Source of the DNA: Deltaproteobacteria bacterium
Lineage (GTDB): Bacteria > Myxococcota_A > UBA9042 > PHBI01
DNA: 64,000 bases
Reading direction: 5' to 3'
Assembly: GCA_006226565.1 (NCBI GenBank)
Contig: SBGO01000334.1
Location: 359-64,358 of the forward strand
Position 1 is the first letter of the stretch; every line of letters starts with the position of its first letter. Of the stretch, positions 1 through 10,150 are shown piece after piece. The translations under genes and the position numbers were made by a program. A model generated the notes under the pieces. It had not been told where the DNA came from and did no database searches. It was given only the letters and a program-made list of their open reading frames with translations.

Positions 1-1483
1 CCGCGTGCTCGGCGGTCGCATCCCGCCAGGCCGCCGCGTGTCGCTCCACCGCCGTCAGGTCCGTCGCGCCCACCTCCGGCCAGCCCGTCGGCGCCTCGGA
101 CGGCGCATCCGCCTCGATCTCCGCGACGCGAACCTGGAGAGCGACGGCAGCCTCCGCGTCCTCGACCCGCGCCGTCGCCTCCGCGAGGATGGACTCCGCG
201 GCCGCCATGTGCGCCGCGTCGGGCTCCGCCGGCAGCGCCGCGAGCTCGGCGTCCAGCTCGGCCAGCTCCCCATCGACGCGCCGGACCTCGTCTTCCGCGC
301 CGGTCAGCTCGGCCGGGACCTGTACTGCGAGCGACGCCGTCTCACCGACGTGGCGCCGCGCCTCGGCCTCGACGGAGGCGTCGAGCAGCACGGACTTCAG
401 GCGCTCCTCGTCCCAGCCGGCGCCCAGCTCCCCGAGCGTCGCCTCGAGCCGGAGCCGCCCTTCGACCTCCCTCTGACGCAAGTCCCTCAGCTCGTCGCTG
501 CGCGCCTCGACGTGCTCGAGCTTCGCCACCAGGTCGTCGAGCGTCGCGCCGCTCGCCAACAGCGCTTCGTCGACGGCGACCTCATCGCGGGCGGCGACGG
601 CGGCTTCGTAAGCCTCATCCGCCCGCCGGGCAGCCTCGAGCGCCGTCCGCGCGGCCTCTCGCGCACGGCTCAGACGCGCGCGCGTCTCCTTGGGAATCCG
701 CGGCCCCGCGGCGCTGATGCCGCTCGCCTCTTCGTCGAGGGCCCGCCAGCCGTTCCAGACGGGCCACATCTTCTGGAGCTGCGCGACCTCCCGCTGCTGC
801 GCAACGACCGCGCCTCGTTGCGCTCGCAGCTCCACGAGCCGCGTCGCGGCAGCGTCGGCGTCCGCGACGACGGCCCCATAGCGCTCAGCGTCCTTCCGCG
901 CCTCGCGGAGATGCGCCTGGATGCGCTTGATCTCTGCCATGGCCTGCGGGATCTCGACACTCCGCGCGGTCTTCTTCAGGTACGCCTCGGCCTGACCGTC
1001 GAGCTTCTTCACGATGGCGGCCGGATGCTGGCCCGCCCCCAGGGTCGCGCCGACCGCGAGCAGGTTCTGCACGTGCTCCTCGCGCAGCGCGCCGATCTGC
1101 TGCAGATCGAACAGGTCGAAGGTGAAGATCGCGTCGAACAGGGCCGAGTCCATCCCGCGGAGGAGCGGGGCCAGGGCGGCGCTGTCCTTCTGAGCGACGT
1201 TCCGTGGCCTCCTGAGCTCGACGTTGCGACCTTCGCGCACGAGCGTCGCGGACCCGTCCGCCAAGCGCACGCCGAGCGAGCCGGCGAGCTGCCCCCCCGG
1301 CCCCGACCAGCGCTGGTTCTCTCCTCGCCGCGCGTCGAAGAGCATCCAGCGGACGAACTGCCGGAGCGTCGACTTCCCCGCCTCGTTGGGACCGTGGACG
1401 ACGACCAGCCCGGGCTCGAAGCCGCCGAGCTCGAAACCCGAGAACTGCCCGAAGCCCTCGATCGCGACTCTCTCGATCCACAT
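1..1483 (-). CDS. sbcC: SbcC/YhaN-family SMC-like AAA ATPase, N-terminal ~494 codons; gene continues beyond the window start
   Basis: My translation of the minus strand from the ATG at 1483-1481 gives MWIERVAIEGFGQFSGFELGGFEPGLVVVHGPNEAGKSTLRQFVRWMLF..., with Walker A GPNEAGKST. The ATG overlaps the sbcD stop (TGATG). The frame is open down to position 1, so it has no in-window stop and is missing from the ORF track. Confidence 0.6.
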   Translation of the reverse strand, partial: MWIERVAIEGFGQFSGFELGGFEPGLVVVHGPNEAGKSTLRQFVRWMLFDARRGENQRWSGPGGQLAGSLGVRLADGSATLVREGRNVELRRPRNVAQKDSAALAPLLRGMDSALFDAIFTFDLFDLQQIGALREEHVQNLLAVGATLGAGQHPAAIVKKLDGQAEAYLKKTARSVEIPQAMAEIKRIQAHLREARKDAERYGAVVADADAAATRLVELRAQRGAVVAQQREVAQLQKMWPVWNGWRALDEEASGISAAGPRIPKETRARLSRAREAARTALEAARRADEAYEAAVAARDEVAVDEALLASGATLDDLVAKLEHVEARSDELRDLRQREVEGRLRLEATLGELGAGWDEERLKSVLLDASVEAEARRHVGETASLAVQVPAELTGAEDEVRRVDGELAELDAELAALPAEPDAAHMAAAESILAEATARVEDAEAAVALQVRVAEIEADAPSEAPTGWPEVGATDLTAVERHAAAWRDATAEHA

Positions 1484-2742
1484 CACCGCTCTCCCGTCGA
1501 CAGGCGACCCACGACGTCGTGCATCGCTTCACGCAGCAGCTCGTCGAGGAGCGCTGCCGGGATCTCGCCGGGACGCCCGAGGTCCTCTCGAATCCAGTCG
1601 GGAACCTGGGTCATCTCGCCGCCGTTGCGCCAGGCGTCCCAGGTCTCCAGCACAGCGCTCCGCAAGTCGCCCGCCTCACGGATCTTCGCCAGATCCAGCG
1701 CGGGCGCAGTAGCGTCCTCGATGTCGAGCCAGTAGACGTTCGGTCCGGACAGGTCGCGGACAGCCGCGAGCACGGGCTCGAGGCTCTTCTCGCGGTGAAG
1801 GTCGGCGTAGACCTCGCCCCGACCGGTGAGACGACCGCGCAGCACGAGGGCCACCCCCTCGTGCTCCTGTGCGATCGCCTCCGCCCGTCCTCCAAGCAGG
1901 TCGGCGACGCCCGCGACGTCCGCGGCCTTGGCGATGTCGACCTCCACCTCGAAGAACCGCGCGCTGTCGGTCTCGAAGGGTGCCACTGCGACAACCTTCC
2001 CGTCCGCGACCTCGACCACGACGGCGCCCTTCCGGCCGCGCTCGACCGCGGCGAGGCCCCGCCCCTGGGTGTTCCCGGGGTAGACGACCCACGGATCGCG
2101 GGCCAGCACCTTGTGCCGGTGGACGTGGCCCAGCGCCCAGTAGCCCATGTTCCGGCTGCGCAGGTCCTCGAGCGTGCATGGGCTGTAGGTCTCGTGCCCG
2201 AACTGTCCGGACTCCCCCTCCACGGCGCAGTGCAGGACGCCGACGTGGAGGCCGCCGCCCGCGCCGTTCACGACCGGGAAGCGCAGTGCGAGGTTCTCGC
2301 GCTCCTCGCGCGCGCCGTAGCTGACGCCATGCACCGTCGCGAGCCGCTCGCCGTGCCGCTCGACCGGGATGCTCTCCGGAGTCCGCGCCTCGAAGACCGT
2401 GACCCCCTCCGGCCAATCGCGGATCGTCGCCCAGCTCCAGCTCCCGAGCTCGGGGTCGTGATTGCCGTGGGCGACGAAGCTGCGGATACCCTTGGCGGAC
2501 AGGCGCGCGAGGGCGTCACGGAAGCGAATCTGGGCGCGGATCCCGCGGCTCGGCCCATCGTAGAGGTCCCCGGCGAACACGACGAAGGCGGCGTCGACGT
2601 CGATGGCCTTCGCGACGATGCGGTCGAGGGCCTGCAGGGACGCGTCGCGGAGACGGTCACCGAGGGCGTTATCGAGCGCCCCGACGCCGACGAACGGCGA
2701 GTCGAGATGAAGATCAGCCGCATGGACGAACTTGAAACGCAC
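1483..2742 (-). CDS. sbcD: SbcD/Mre11-type calcineurin-like phosphoesterase (DSB repair nuclease)
   Basis: ORF 1483..2760. N-terminal motif VRFKFVHAADLHLD matches the SbcD phosphoesterase motif I, and HGNHD appears downstream. The likely start is GTG at 2742 (Val7 of the track ORF), preceded by GGAGG with a 6-nt spacer. It sits directly upstream of, and overlaps, the sbcC-like ATPase. Confidence 0.8.
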   Translation of the reverse strand: MRFKFVHAADLHLDSPFVGVGALDNALGDRLRDASLQALDRIVAKAIDVDAAFVVFAGDLYDGPSRGIRAQIRFRDALARLSAKGIRSFVAHGNHDPELGSWSWATIRDWPEGVTVFEARTPESIPVERHGERLATVHGVSYGAREERENLALRFPVVNGAGGGLHVGVLHCAVEGESGQFGHETYSPCTLEDLRSRNMGYWALGHVHRHKVLARDPWVVYPGNTQGRGLAAVERGRKGAVVVEVADGKVVAVAPFETDSARFFEVEVDIAKAADVAGVADLLGGRAEAIAQEHEGVALVLRGRLTGRGEVYADLHREKSLEPVLAAVRDLSGPNVYWLDIEDATAPALDLAKIREAGDLRSAVLETWDAWRNGGEMTQVPDWIREDLGRPGEIPAALLDELLREAMHDVVGRLSTGER

Positions 2743-3080
2743 CCCGCACCTCCGCTGCACCGCACACCGGACACCCTAGCGCGACCGGCTCCGGCTGACG
2801 AGCCGTGCCGACCGCAAAGACGCTCCATCAAAGGCCCCGAACAGGACCGACCGATGGAGCATAGGCCCTTGAACACCGTGACCGCGGTACTGAACATCCG
2901 CATCGTGGCTTCCGCCACTTCGTTCAGCCAACGGCGGCGCCCAGCCCCCACTTTGCGATTTCGTCACAAATCAAATAACGGACGTACCGAGTGCCACCCC
3001 GGCACATATCGCGTCATCCCGTCTTCTTGCGCGGCGCACAGGAGGCGTGGTCTGATTCGCTGCACCCCACGGGAGGTCCG

Positions 3081-3992
3081 ATGCCTGCCTTCTCCCCCAC
3101 CTTCACGCTCACGCCGCTGATGTTGCGGCAGCTCAAGGTCATCGACCAGACCGCCGGCTTCCTGGCGGCGGTGGAGACGCAGGCCGAGTGGGTGGAGCAG
3201 CTCCGCCACGAGGCCCGGGTCCGCGACGCGCTGGCGAGCTTGCGCATCGAGGGGAGCACGCTGAGCTACGAGGAGGCGTTCGAGCTGGCCGAAGGCAAGG
3301 CCGCGGGCGCGCTGCGTCCCTCGGAGCAGGAGTTCGTCAACTACCTCCGGGCCTTCGACGCCATCGACGATCTCCGCGGCGAGCGCGACTACCACGTCCG
3401 CCGGGCCGACGTTCAGAACCTCCATCGGCTGCTCGTCGACGGCGTCCGCGGCGGCCAGCGGTTCGCCGGTCAGCTGCGCCGCGAAGAGGTGAGCGTCGGC
3501 GACCGCCACGCGGACGAGGTCGTCGTGCACCACCAGCCCCCGCATTGGGGGGCGGTCGAGGAGCAGCTCGACGACCTCATGGCGTGGACGGAGGCGGTGA
3601 AGGAGTATCCCAAGCGCGCCAAGGTCCTCGCCGGCGCGCCCGATGACTGGGTCCACCCGTGCATCGTCGCCGGCATCGCCCAGCATCGGCTGGTGTGGAT
3701 CCACCCGTTCGTGGACGGCAACGGCCGCACGGCGCGCCTGCTGTCGACGCTCCTCCTCTACCAGCGCGGCTACGACTTCAAGTACCTCTTCGACCTGTCG
3801 AGCTACTACGACAAGAACCGCGATGCGTACTACGAGAACCTGCGCGACGTCGACCGCACCGGCGACTACACCCGCTGGCTGATGTACTTCCTCGGCGGGC
3901 TCTCGATGCAGATGTTCGTGGTCCGGCAGAAGGCCCTGCAAGCCGCGAAGGGGCTCGCGCACGGCGACACCGCCGACCGCGACGAGCCGTAG
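3081..3992 (+). CDS. fic: Fic/Doc family protein (adenylyl/AMP-transferase fold)
   Basis: ORF 2991..3992 contains the Fic motif HPFVDGNGRTAR. Start ATG at 3081 (MPAFSPTF...) is preceded by GGAGG with a 4-nt spacer and is in frame with the track ORF. Confidence 0.85.
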   Translation: MPAFSPTFTLTPLMLRQLKVIDQTAGFLAAVETQAEWVEQLRHEARVRDALASLRIEGSTLSYEEAFELAEGKAAGALRPSEQEFVNYLRAFDAIDDLRGERDYHVRRADVQNLHRLLVDGVRGGQRFAGQLRREEVSVGDRHADEVVVHHQPPHWGAVEEQLDDLMAWTEAVKEYPKRAKVLAGAPDDWVHPCIVAGIAQHRLVWIHPFVDGNGRTARLLSTLLLYQRGYDFKYLFDLSSYYDKNRDAYYENLRDVDRTGDYTRWLMYFLGGLSMQMFVVRQKALQAAKGLAHGDTADRDEP

Positions 3993-4014
3993 ACCGGGTC
4001 CCCCGCGAGGCGCG

Positions 4015-4032
4015 GCCGGCGTCGACGCCGGC
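4015..4032. terminator. 18-bp perfect palindrome (GCCGGCGTCGACGCCGGC) between convergent fic and phosphatase genes; possible bidirectional terminator hairpin
   Basis: The sequence is self-complementary when read directly. It lies 23 nt past the fic stop and 14 nt before the stop of the minus-strand gene 4046..4549. There is no U-tract. Confidence 0.35.
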
Positions 4033-4045
4033 AGTGCCTCGCCGT

Positions 4046-4549
4046 TCAGGCCGAAGGCACGCTTGGGAAGTACGCCCATGCGGTCCACCGGTCGACGTCG
4101 CGACGGCACAGGATGACGGCGCCGTGGTCGCGCTCGAACGCCCGCGCCGTCAGCCCGACCACGTTCATCAGCGCACCGAGCGTGTTGCCGTGGCCGACGA
4201 CGAGGAGCAGCTCGTCGGGACCCATTCCCTCGGATTCTTGCGACATCCGGGCGCCGAGGTCCGCCAATCTCCCGAGCGTGCCGGTCGCCATCCTCGCGTC
4301 ATCGACACGGCAGCGCGAGAGCACGAGCTCGGCCGTCTGCCCGGTCCGCTTCGTCGAGGTCCGGAGCACGCGCGTCAGGCGTAGACCGAGCCGGGCAAGC
4401 TCACCGGCGAGAAAATCACCTGCCGCCTTCGCCTCTTCGACACCCAGGGGCGTGAGCGGCTGCTGATCTTGCGTCGCCCGGGCGGCGCCCGGGACCTTCG
4501 CGTAGGTGCCATGCCGGACGAAAGCGACCCAGCGTGTGTCGTCGTTCAT
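4046..4549 (-). CDS. histidine phosphatase (phosphoglycerate mutase/SixA superfamily)
   Basis: ORF 4046..4549 begins MNDDTRWVAFVRHGTY, which carries the RHG catalytic motif. A second His motif (VVGHGNTL) follows. GGAGG lies 4 nt upstream of the ATG. Confidence 0.7.
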   Translation of the reverse strand: MNDDTRWVAFVRHGTYAKVPGAARATQDQQPLTPLGVEEAKAAGDFLAGELARLGLRLTRVLRTSTKRTGQTAELVLSRCRVDDARMATGTLGRLADLGARMSQESEGMGPDELLLVVGHGNTLGALMNVVGLTARAFERDHGAVILCRRDVDRWTAWAYFPSVPSA

Positions 4550-4606
4550 AGCGCCTCCGCGAGCGGACCTGGTCGAGACTCTATGGGTATCCGGACCATT
4601 CGAAGC

Positions 4607-5125
4607 CTACTCGTCCTTGTAGAAGAGCACATGACCCACGGCGAGCTCGCACGAGCACGGGAACCCCATCTCCGACGCCATCGTCGCGACAGCGGACCAC
4701 CGCACCTCTGCCTTGTCGTTGTCCGGATCCAACCGCGGCGCTTCGGCGACGGCGTAGACGTCGCTGAGGTCCAGCGGCCCATCATCGGTGAACGACGGCA
4801 GCGACGCCTTGCGACGGGTCACGACCTGGACGTGGTCCCCGATCAACGCCGTGGCCGCCATCCGGAGCGCCGTGATCAACCGCTTCGGCCGCCGGCTCGG
4901 CGGCACCCAGGCGCCGAGCACCTCCCGCCCGCGCTGTGTGATGACGTACTCGCCCTCGTCCTCGTCCTCGTCCGGGTCGGGGACTCGGTCGGGGTTGGCC
5001 GGCGCGATCAAGCCCTCGTCCCGCAGCGCTTCGAGGGTCCTGGCGCTGGTGAAGTAGCCGTACAGGCCGTGTTCGTTTGAGAACGCGAGGAGGAGCGCAT
5101 GCCGCTGGGTGGGGGTCAGTTTCAT
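4607..5125 (-). CDS. hypothetical protein (acidic, possibly winged-helix like)
   Basis: ORF 4607..5143. The internal ATG at 5125 (MKLTPTQRHALLL...) is preceded by AGGA with a 6-nt spacer. No diagnostic motif was recognised. Confidence 0.45.
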   Translation of the reverse strand: MKLTPTQRHALLLAFSNEHGLYGYFTSARTLEALRDEGLIAPANPDRVPDPDEDEDEGEYVITQRGREVLGAWVPPSRRPKRLITALRMAATALIGDHVQVVTRRKASLPSFTDDGPLDLSDVYAVAEAPRLDPDNDKAEVRWSAVATMASEMGFPCSCELAVGHVLFYKDE

Positions 5126-5464
5126 GTGCTGTCCTACCGTCAAGAAGCGCTCGCCGAGTCTCGCATCGCCAATGGACCTTCGTACAGCCCTCGTGGACGA
5201 GGGCCGCGAGCTCGGCGCACAAGGCTTCGCGTTCAGCGCTGAGGCGCAGATCGTTGCCTCGCCGGATTCGACTCAGGTCGCCCCCACTCCAGCCCATCCA
5301 CCGCCGCTCGAACCCATCCTGTCAGGCGCCGCCGGCCCGGAGAGCGCGCCTCACGTCGTCCCTTCGACGCCCAACCACCAAGCTCGGACCTGCTTCAGAT
5401 GCCTCACTGTCCCGCGCCGCCGGGCCCCGGGGCGTGGGACTGACGGCGGAGAATCGCCGAGCCT

Positions 5465-8400
5465 CTACTCGTCCTCGTCGCCCGCCTCGACCTCACCGCC
5501 AGCCGCGCCGCCACGACCCGTCGGCACGTAGGCCACCGCGCCCAGCCCCTTGGCCAGGTGGACCCGGTCCACGAGGTCGCGGTGCGCGCCGATCCGGAAG
5601 CGCGAGAGCGGGCCCACCGGATCGAGCCCCACGTCCTCGGCGAAGAACCGGTCGAGGCGCTGCGGCGGCGGCCAGCCCTTGCGGCGCATGTAGGTGAGGA
5701 GCGCTAGGTCGCGGGTGATGAAGCTCCGGGGTTTGCGCTCGACCCAACCCCAGGGCGTCTCCTCGTGGGCGTCGCTGCGCCGGTCGCGCGGCGGGTCGTC
5801 GCAGTCGGTCACGAAGAAGTCGCCGGGCAGCGGCGGCTGGCTCCGGTCGAGGAGCGGGAAGGACGCGAGGACCCTGGCGTACTCCGGCACCGACAGGCCA
5901 TAGGCGTCCGCGACGATCGCGTCGAGCTCCGCGCGCAGCTCGGCGCGCCTCCACGGGTCACGCTCGGCGGAGGCGTAGGACCAGGGCTCGTCGCGGAACA
6001 CGGCGTTCCAGACGTCGGCGAGCTCCGGGGTCGTGCAGGACAGGCGAGCCACTTGCCGGAACAACGCCCCCTCCCAGGCTCCTCCGCGGTCCCACTGCGG
6101 CACGGGCACGCGCGCGACGTAGGCCCAGTTGAGGGTCGTGGTGACCCGCTGGCGCACCAGGTAGTCCCACACGAAGGAGTCCAACACGGCCGCCAGCGCG
6201 AGAGAGGCGCCCGGCGAGCTGGTGCGCAGTGTGGGGACCTTGTTGCCCGCGAGGGCGGCGTTTGGCAGGAGCGAGGCGAGCATGGTGCGCTCGTTCGTGG
6301 CCCCGGTGATCTCGCAGAAGCCGAGCCGGGCAACCTCGGCGCCCCCGGCTTCGTCGGCCGCCACGAAGACGCGAGACCGGAGTCTCTTCTCGGCTAGATC
6401 CAGCTCGCTCCAGACCGCTCGCCGGCCCTCGCCCGACTCGTACGCCTTCTGCGCGTGATCGAGCTGGTGGACCATCCGCCCTTCGTAGAGCGCCGTGTAG
6501 AGCGCTCCCGGCAGGATGCGGAACCGCTCCTCGGCGGTGCGCCCGCGGACCGGGCCGTGGCGCGCGTCGTCGGGGTGCACGAACACCGTCACCGGCTCGC
6601 CGCGGAGGTCGACCGTTCGCGCGAGATACCCGCGCTCCCGGTACCACGCCGCGTCCGCCGCCACCCAATGTTCCCCTCCCGGGGGCAGCGGGTCAGGATA
6701 CCGCGCCGTCGGCGACCCGCCCTCGCGGACCTGCGCCCACGTGCCGTCCGCCCGGCGCTCCGGCCGCACGCCCAGGAACCCGCGCTCGCGCATCCACTCG
6801 CGCGTCTTGAAGAGCCAGGCATCGTTCGTCATGTGGAGCTCGCACCGGTACCGCGCGGCCCACCCGCTCTCCGGGCTACCCAGGGCCGGGTACTCCGCGT
6901 GGAGGCGGTCGATGAGGGCCGCGTCCCCTGCGCTGGACAGGTCCAGCAGCGCGAGGGTCCCGGGGCTCAGCCGCGCCGCGATCTCGCCCGACATGCGCAC
7001 GACCCGCTCGGGCATCAGGCCCTCGAGGGCCCGGGTGTCCCGCAGCATGAACGCGGCCGGGAACCAGTGGTCCCGGGTGGGCGCCTCGCAGCGAACGACG
7101 AAGGTCGTGAACTTGAAACGGCTATCGATGGCGAAGGCCCACTTCCGATAGTTCTCGAAGACGAACAGCTCCTCGACCGCCTGCGCGCCGAGGAGGAAGC
7201 GCCGGAGCCCGGTGCAGCCCTCCGCCTGCCAGAGGGTGCTCGGCGTCACGAGCCCGACGCGGCCGCCGGCCGCGCACGCTTGGAGGGCGCGCTCGACGAA
7301 GTAGCGGAAGGTGTCGGGATCGCCCCCGGTCTTCTTGCCGTCGATCTGCGCGACCTGGTGGCGGTAGACGCCGGTGTCGCGCAGGAACCCCGCGAGCCGC
7401 GTGACGCCCGCCTCGTAGTGGGCCCAGCCGTCCGCGAGCCCCGGGTGCTCGCCGTGGAGCCGCGCGATCAGAGACTCGAGCGACGGGCCCTGGCGGTTCG
7501 CCACGTCCCAGTCCGGGCCGAGGTCCGGGCGGCCGTAGGGCCCATAGAAGTGCCGCCGCTCGGGGCGGATCCGATCCCAGGGCGGGTTGCCGATGACCGC
7601 GTGGAAGCCGAACCCGGTGCGCGGGCGGCCCGCGGCGTCGAACGCAACCTCCGGAAACTCGAGTTGCCAGTGGAACCAGGACTCGGGGCGCGGCCCGTAG
7701 CCCGCGTCGCGGCCGCCGCGCACCCGGACCACGAGCGGGTGCGTCGAGAGCCGGTCCAGCGCGGCCGCGCGCTCGGCGTCGGCGGTCAGGCCGCAGATGC
7801 GCTTCACCTCGGCGTAGAGGCCCGCCGGCGCCTCGTAGGCCGCGACGTCGTCCGGGGTCGCGTCGCCGAGGAACCACTGGAGGCACCAGAGGTCGGCCAG
7901 GAGGCGGTGCGCGGCGAGGCGTTCACCGACGGCGCGCGCGTAGTCCTGGCCTTTCTGCTTGATGTCGCGCGCGCTCTCACTGGGGCGGGCGAGGATCGCG
8001 CGGATGCTCGCGAGGATCCCGGAGAAGAGGGACGTGTCGATAGGGAACGGCAAGCTGATCTGCAGCGCGGCGGCAGCCTGGCGCTTCGAGCGACGGGTCC
8101 GAGGCGCGGCGGCCGGTACGTCCGAGGTGTCTGCATCGACCGGCGGGGCTTGGGGGACGGGCGACCACTGGAGGCCCGCCCGGGTGCTCTTCGCACGGAG
8201 GCCGGGCGAGGCGAGGCGGTCGAGGGTCGTGCCCACGAGGCTGTTGCCGACCTTGAGGTGGTGGTCGAGGAAGGAGAGCGGCTTGCCGGGCTCCGCGGTG
8301 TAGAGCCAGAGCGCCACGCGCGCGAGCTCGACGGCCATGGGGTTGTAGTCGACGCCGTAGATGCAGCTCTCGACGACGCGGCGCTTCCAGTAGGCGCGCT

Positions 8401-10150
8401 CCGCAGGCCCGTTGTCCCTGGGCGCGTCGGGGTCCTCGGGGTCGCAGCGGACGGTCAGATAGTCGGCCATCACGTCCACGACCTTCACGAGGAAGTGGCC
8501 GCTCCCCATGGCCGGGTCCAGCACGCGCAGCGCGAGGACCTGGGTCGGATCATCGCCGCAGGGGAAGAGCAGGGGCTCTACGGCGCGGCGCACCAGGCGC
8601 TCGACCAGCACGTCGGGCGTGAAGTAGGAGCCGCTGGCCTTGCGCTCACCCTTCTGGTTCGTGAGGCTCAGGCTCGGCGGCTCCGTGGCGCGGGCGACGA
8701 GCCGCTGCTCGAGGAGCCCCTCGTAGATGTCGCCGAGGTCGCGCACGTCGAGGTCGGCGTAGGGCACGGCCGAGTCGAGGCGCCCCTCCAGGTAGATAAG
8801 GTGCCCGAGGACGTGATCGAGCGCCCCGTCGAGGAGCTTCCAGCGCGCGAGGTCGGGGTGCTTGTCCCGATCGAAGAGCCCGCCGTTGTAGGCCGGGATA
8901 TCGAAGGCTGGGTCGCCGCGGTCGATGGCGTCGAAGAGGCGCAGCAGGTCGTCGTAGACATCCGAGAAGCGCTCCTTGTCGTCGGCGGGCAGCTCCCCCA
9001 GCCGCTTGAAGATGGCGAGCGTGGAGCGTTTCCGCGCGTACGGGGTATCGGCCCCCAGGGTGTCCCACATGGGAAGCAGGCCCTGGGCCTCGGCCTTGAG
9101 CACGAAGAGGAGGCGGTAGAGCAGCGTGAGCGAGACGTCGCGCAGGTGATCGAGCTCGGCCTGCGGCGGGAGCGCGGGCGCCACAGTGAGGCCACTGGTC
9201 TCATTGGTCCGGCATGACCAGAAGCCGCGCGCGATGGCCTCGACCGCCTCGTGCGCCTGGTCGCGCAGGACGTCGCGCACCTTCCGCGTATCGGCGGCGC
9301 TGCCCGCAGCGATCGCGTCCAGGTACCCGCCCCCCACCGCCGGCGGGCCGAAGAGGTGCCAGAAGAGGTTGAAGACCTCGAAGTCAGCGGCGTTGGCCGC
9401 GCGACCACGGAGGTCCTCGAGGAAGCGCACGAGGTCGAAGCGGAGGTGCTCGTGGAGGCGCCCCCGCTGCATGAGGCGCCAGCAGCGACCGTTCGTGAGG
9501 ACGCCCCACGGGCGGTCGTAGCCCCGGAGGTAGCGCTCGACCTGCTGGACGTCCTCGATGGCGGTTGGTTCCGTGCGTTGGCGCTTGGGGGGCGGAAGGT
9601 CGGGCACGAGCTCGTCGGCGCCGACGCCCTTGTCGAAGCGCTTGGCGTCGATGATCAGCGCGGCCGAGCGGCAGAAGTCCAAGCCGTCCGCGACCCGCTC
9701 CGCGGCGTCGGCGCCGAAGCGTTGCACGACTCCGGCGAGCACGGTCGGGTCCGTGAAGAGGACGAGGTCCGGACGCTGGGCCGCGGTCTTGACCTCCTGC
9801 GCGGCAATGCCGCGGAGCGCGAGGTGCCGGTTTTGGATGACCGAGTACCCGAGGACTTGCTCGCAAACCGGGCGAATGAAGGCGTTCTCGATGTCGGACT
9901 CCGATCTGCCCCGGACGAGGTCCTGATGAGGGAGGAGCCCGGTCCAGGCGCGTCGCGGCCCGGCGCCGTCGATGCGCGCGTCGCGGAGGTACGAGCCGCG
10001 GATGCCCTCCCAGAGCGCGACGAGCTTCGCTAGGCGCTCCGGCGCGTCGGCCGGGAGGACCCGCAGGCGCGGGAAGGAGGTCTCTCGGACCACGCGGTCG
10101 AGGTAGCTCTGGGCGAAGAGACCGTCGTGGTGGAGATATCGGTGAGGCAT
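5465..10150 (-). CDS. single-chain Type IIG/IIL (MmeI-like) restriction-modification enzyme: N-terminal PD-(D/E)xK-like nuclease region fused to a gamma-class N6-adenine methyltransferase with a long C-terminal target-recognition extension
   Basis: ORF 5465..10312. MTase motif I is LDPAMGSGHFLV and motif IV is AVIGNPPW. N-terminal PDLVLFTD...IIDAK resembles the D...(D/E)xK pattern of MmeI-like enzymes. The likely start is ATG at 10150 (MPHRYLHHDG, codon 55 of the track ORF). The product is 1561 aa. No separate S or M subunit, helicase, or BREX/DISARM partner is nearby. Confidence 0.7.
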   Translation of the reverse strand: MPHRYLHHDGLFAQSYLDRVVRETSFPRLRVLPADAPERLAKLVALWEGIRGSYLRDARIDGAGPRRAWTGLLPHQDLVRGRSESDIENAFIRPVCEQVLGYSVIQNRHLALRGIAAQEVKTAAQRPDLVLFTDPTVLAGVVQRFGADAAERVADGLDFCRSAALIIDAKRFDKGVGADELVPDLPPPKRQRTEPTAIEDVQQVERYLRGYDRPWGVLTNGRCWRLMQRGRLHEHLRFDLVRFLEDLRGRAANAADFEVFNLFWHLFGPPAVGGGYLDAIAAGSAADTRKVRDVLRDQAHEAVEAIARGFWSCRTNETSGLTVAPALPPQAELDHLRDVSLTLLYRLLFVLKAEAQGLLPMWDTLGADTPYARKRSTLAIFKRLGELPADDKERFSDVYDDLLRLFDAIDRGDPAFDIPAYNGGLFDRDKHPDLARWKLLDGALDHVLGHLIYLEGRLDSAVPYADLDVRDLGDIYEGLLEQRLVARATEPPSLSLTNQKGERKASGSYFTPDVLVERLVRRAVEPLLFPCGDDPTQVLALRVLDPAMGSGHFLVKVVDVMADYLTVRCDPEDPDAPRDNGPAERAYWKRRVVESCIYGVDYNPMAVELARVALWLYTAEPGKPLSFLDHHLKVGNSLVGTTLDRLASPGLRAKSTRAGLQWSPVPQAPPVDADTSDVPAAAPRTRRSKRQAAAALQISLPFPIDTSLFSGILASIRAILARPSESARDIKQKGQDYARAVGERLAAHRLLADLWCLQWFLGDATPDDVAAYEAPAGLYAEVKRICGLTADAERAAALDRLSTHPLVVRVRGGRDAGYGPRPESWFHWQLEFPEVAFDAAGRPRTGFGFHAVIGNPPWDRIRPERRHFYGPYGRPDLGPDWDVANRQGPSLESLIARLHGEHPGLADGWAHYEAGVTRLAGFLRDTGVYRHQVAQIDGKKTGGDPDTFRYFVERALQACAAGGRVGLVTPSTLWQAEGCTGLRRFLLGAQAVEELFVFENYRKWAFAIDSRFKFTTFVVRCEAPTRDHWFPAAFMLRDTRALEGLMPERVVRMSGEIAARLSPGTLALLDLSSAGDAALIDRLHAEYPALGSPESGWAARYRCELHMTNDAWLFKTREWMRERGFLGVRPERRADGTWAQVREGGSPTARYPDPLPPGGEHWVAADAAWYRERGYLARTVDLRGEPVTVFVHPDDARHGPVRGRTAEERFRILPGALYTALYEGRMVHQLDHAQKAYESGEGRRAVWSELDLAEKRLRSRVFVAADEAGGAEVARLGFCEITGATNERTMLASLLPNAALAGNKVPTLRTSSPGASLALAAVLDSFVWDYLVRQRVTTTLNWAYVARVPVPQWDRGGAWEGALFRQVARLSCTTPELADVWNAVFRDEPWSYASAERDPWRRAELRAELDAIVADAYGLSVPEYARVLASFPLLDRSQPPLPGDFFVTDCDDPPRDRRSDAHEETPWGWVERKPRSFITRDLALLTYMRRKGWPPPQRLDRFFAEDVGLDPVGPLSRFRIGAHRDLVDRVHLAKGLGAVAYVPTGRGGAAGGEVEAGDEDE

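Noticed and set aside
5-1735. 576-aa plus-strand ORF at the window start
   Set aside because: It is antisense to the sbcC-like and sbcD genes, and its translation is low-complexity. The minus-strand frame gives the Walker A ATPase and the SbcD phosphoesterase motifs.
6455-9217. 920-aa plus-strand ORF antisense to the Type IIG enzyme gene, and similar long antisense ORFs (1519..3120, 17042..19759, 21088..23751, 40073..42847, 45169..46893, 49789..51045, 53495..55987, 57567..60374, 61146..63617)
   Set aside because: Their Arg/Gly/Ala/Pro-rich low-complexity translations have no motifs. Such stop-free antisense frames are expected at about 70% GC. In every case the opposite strand encodes a protein with clear catalytic motifs.
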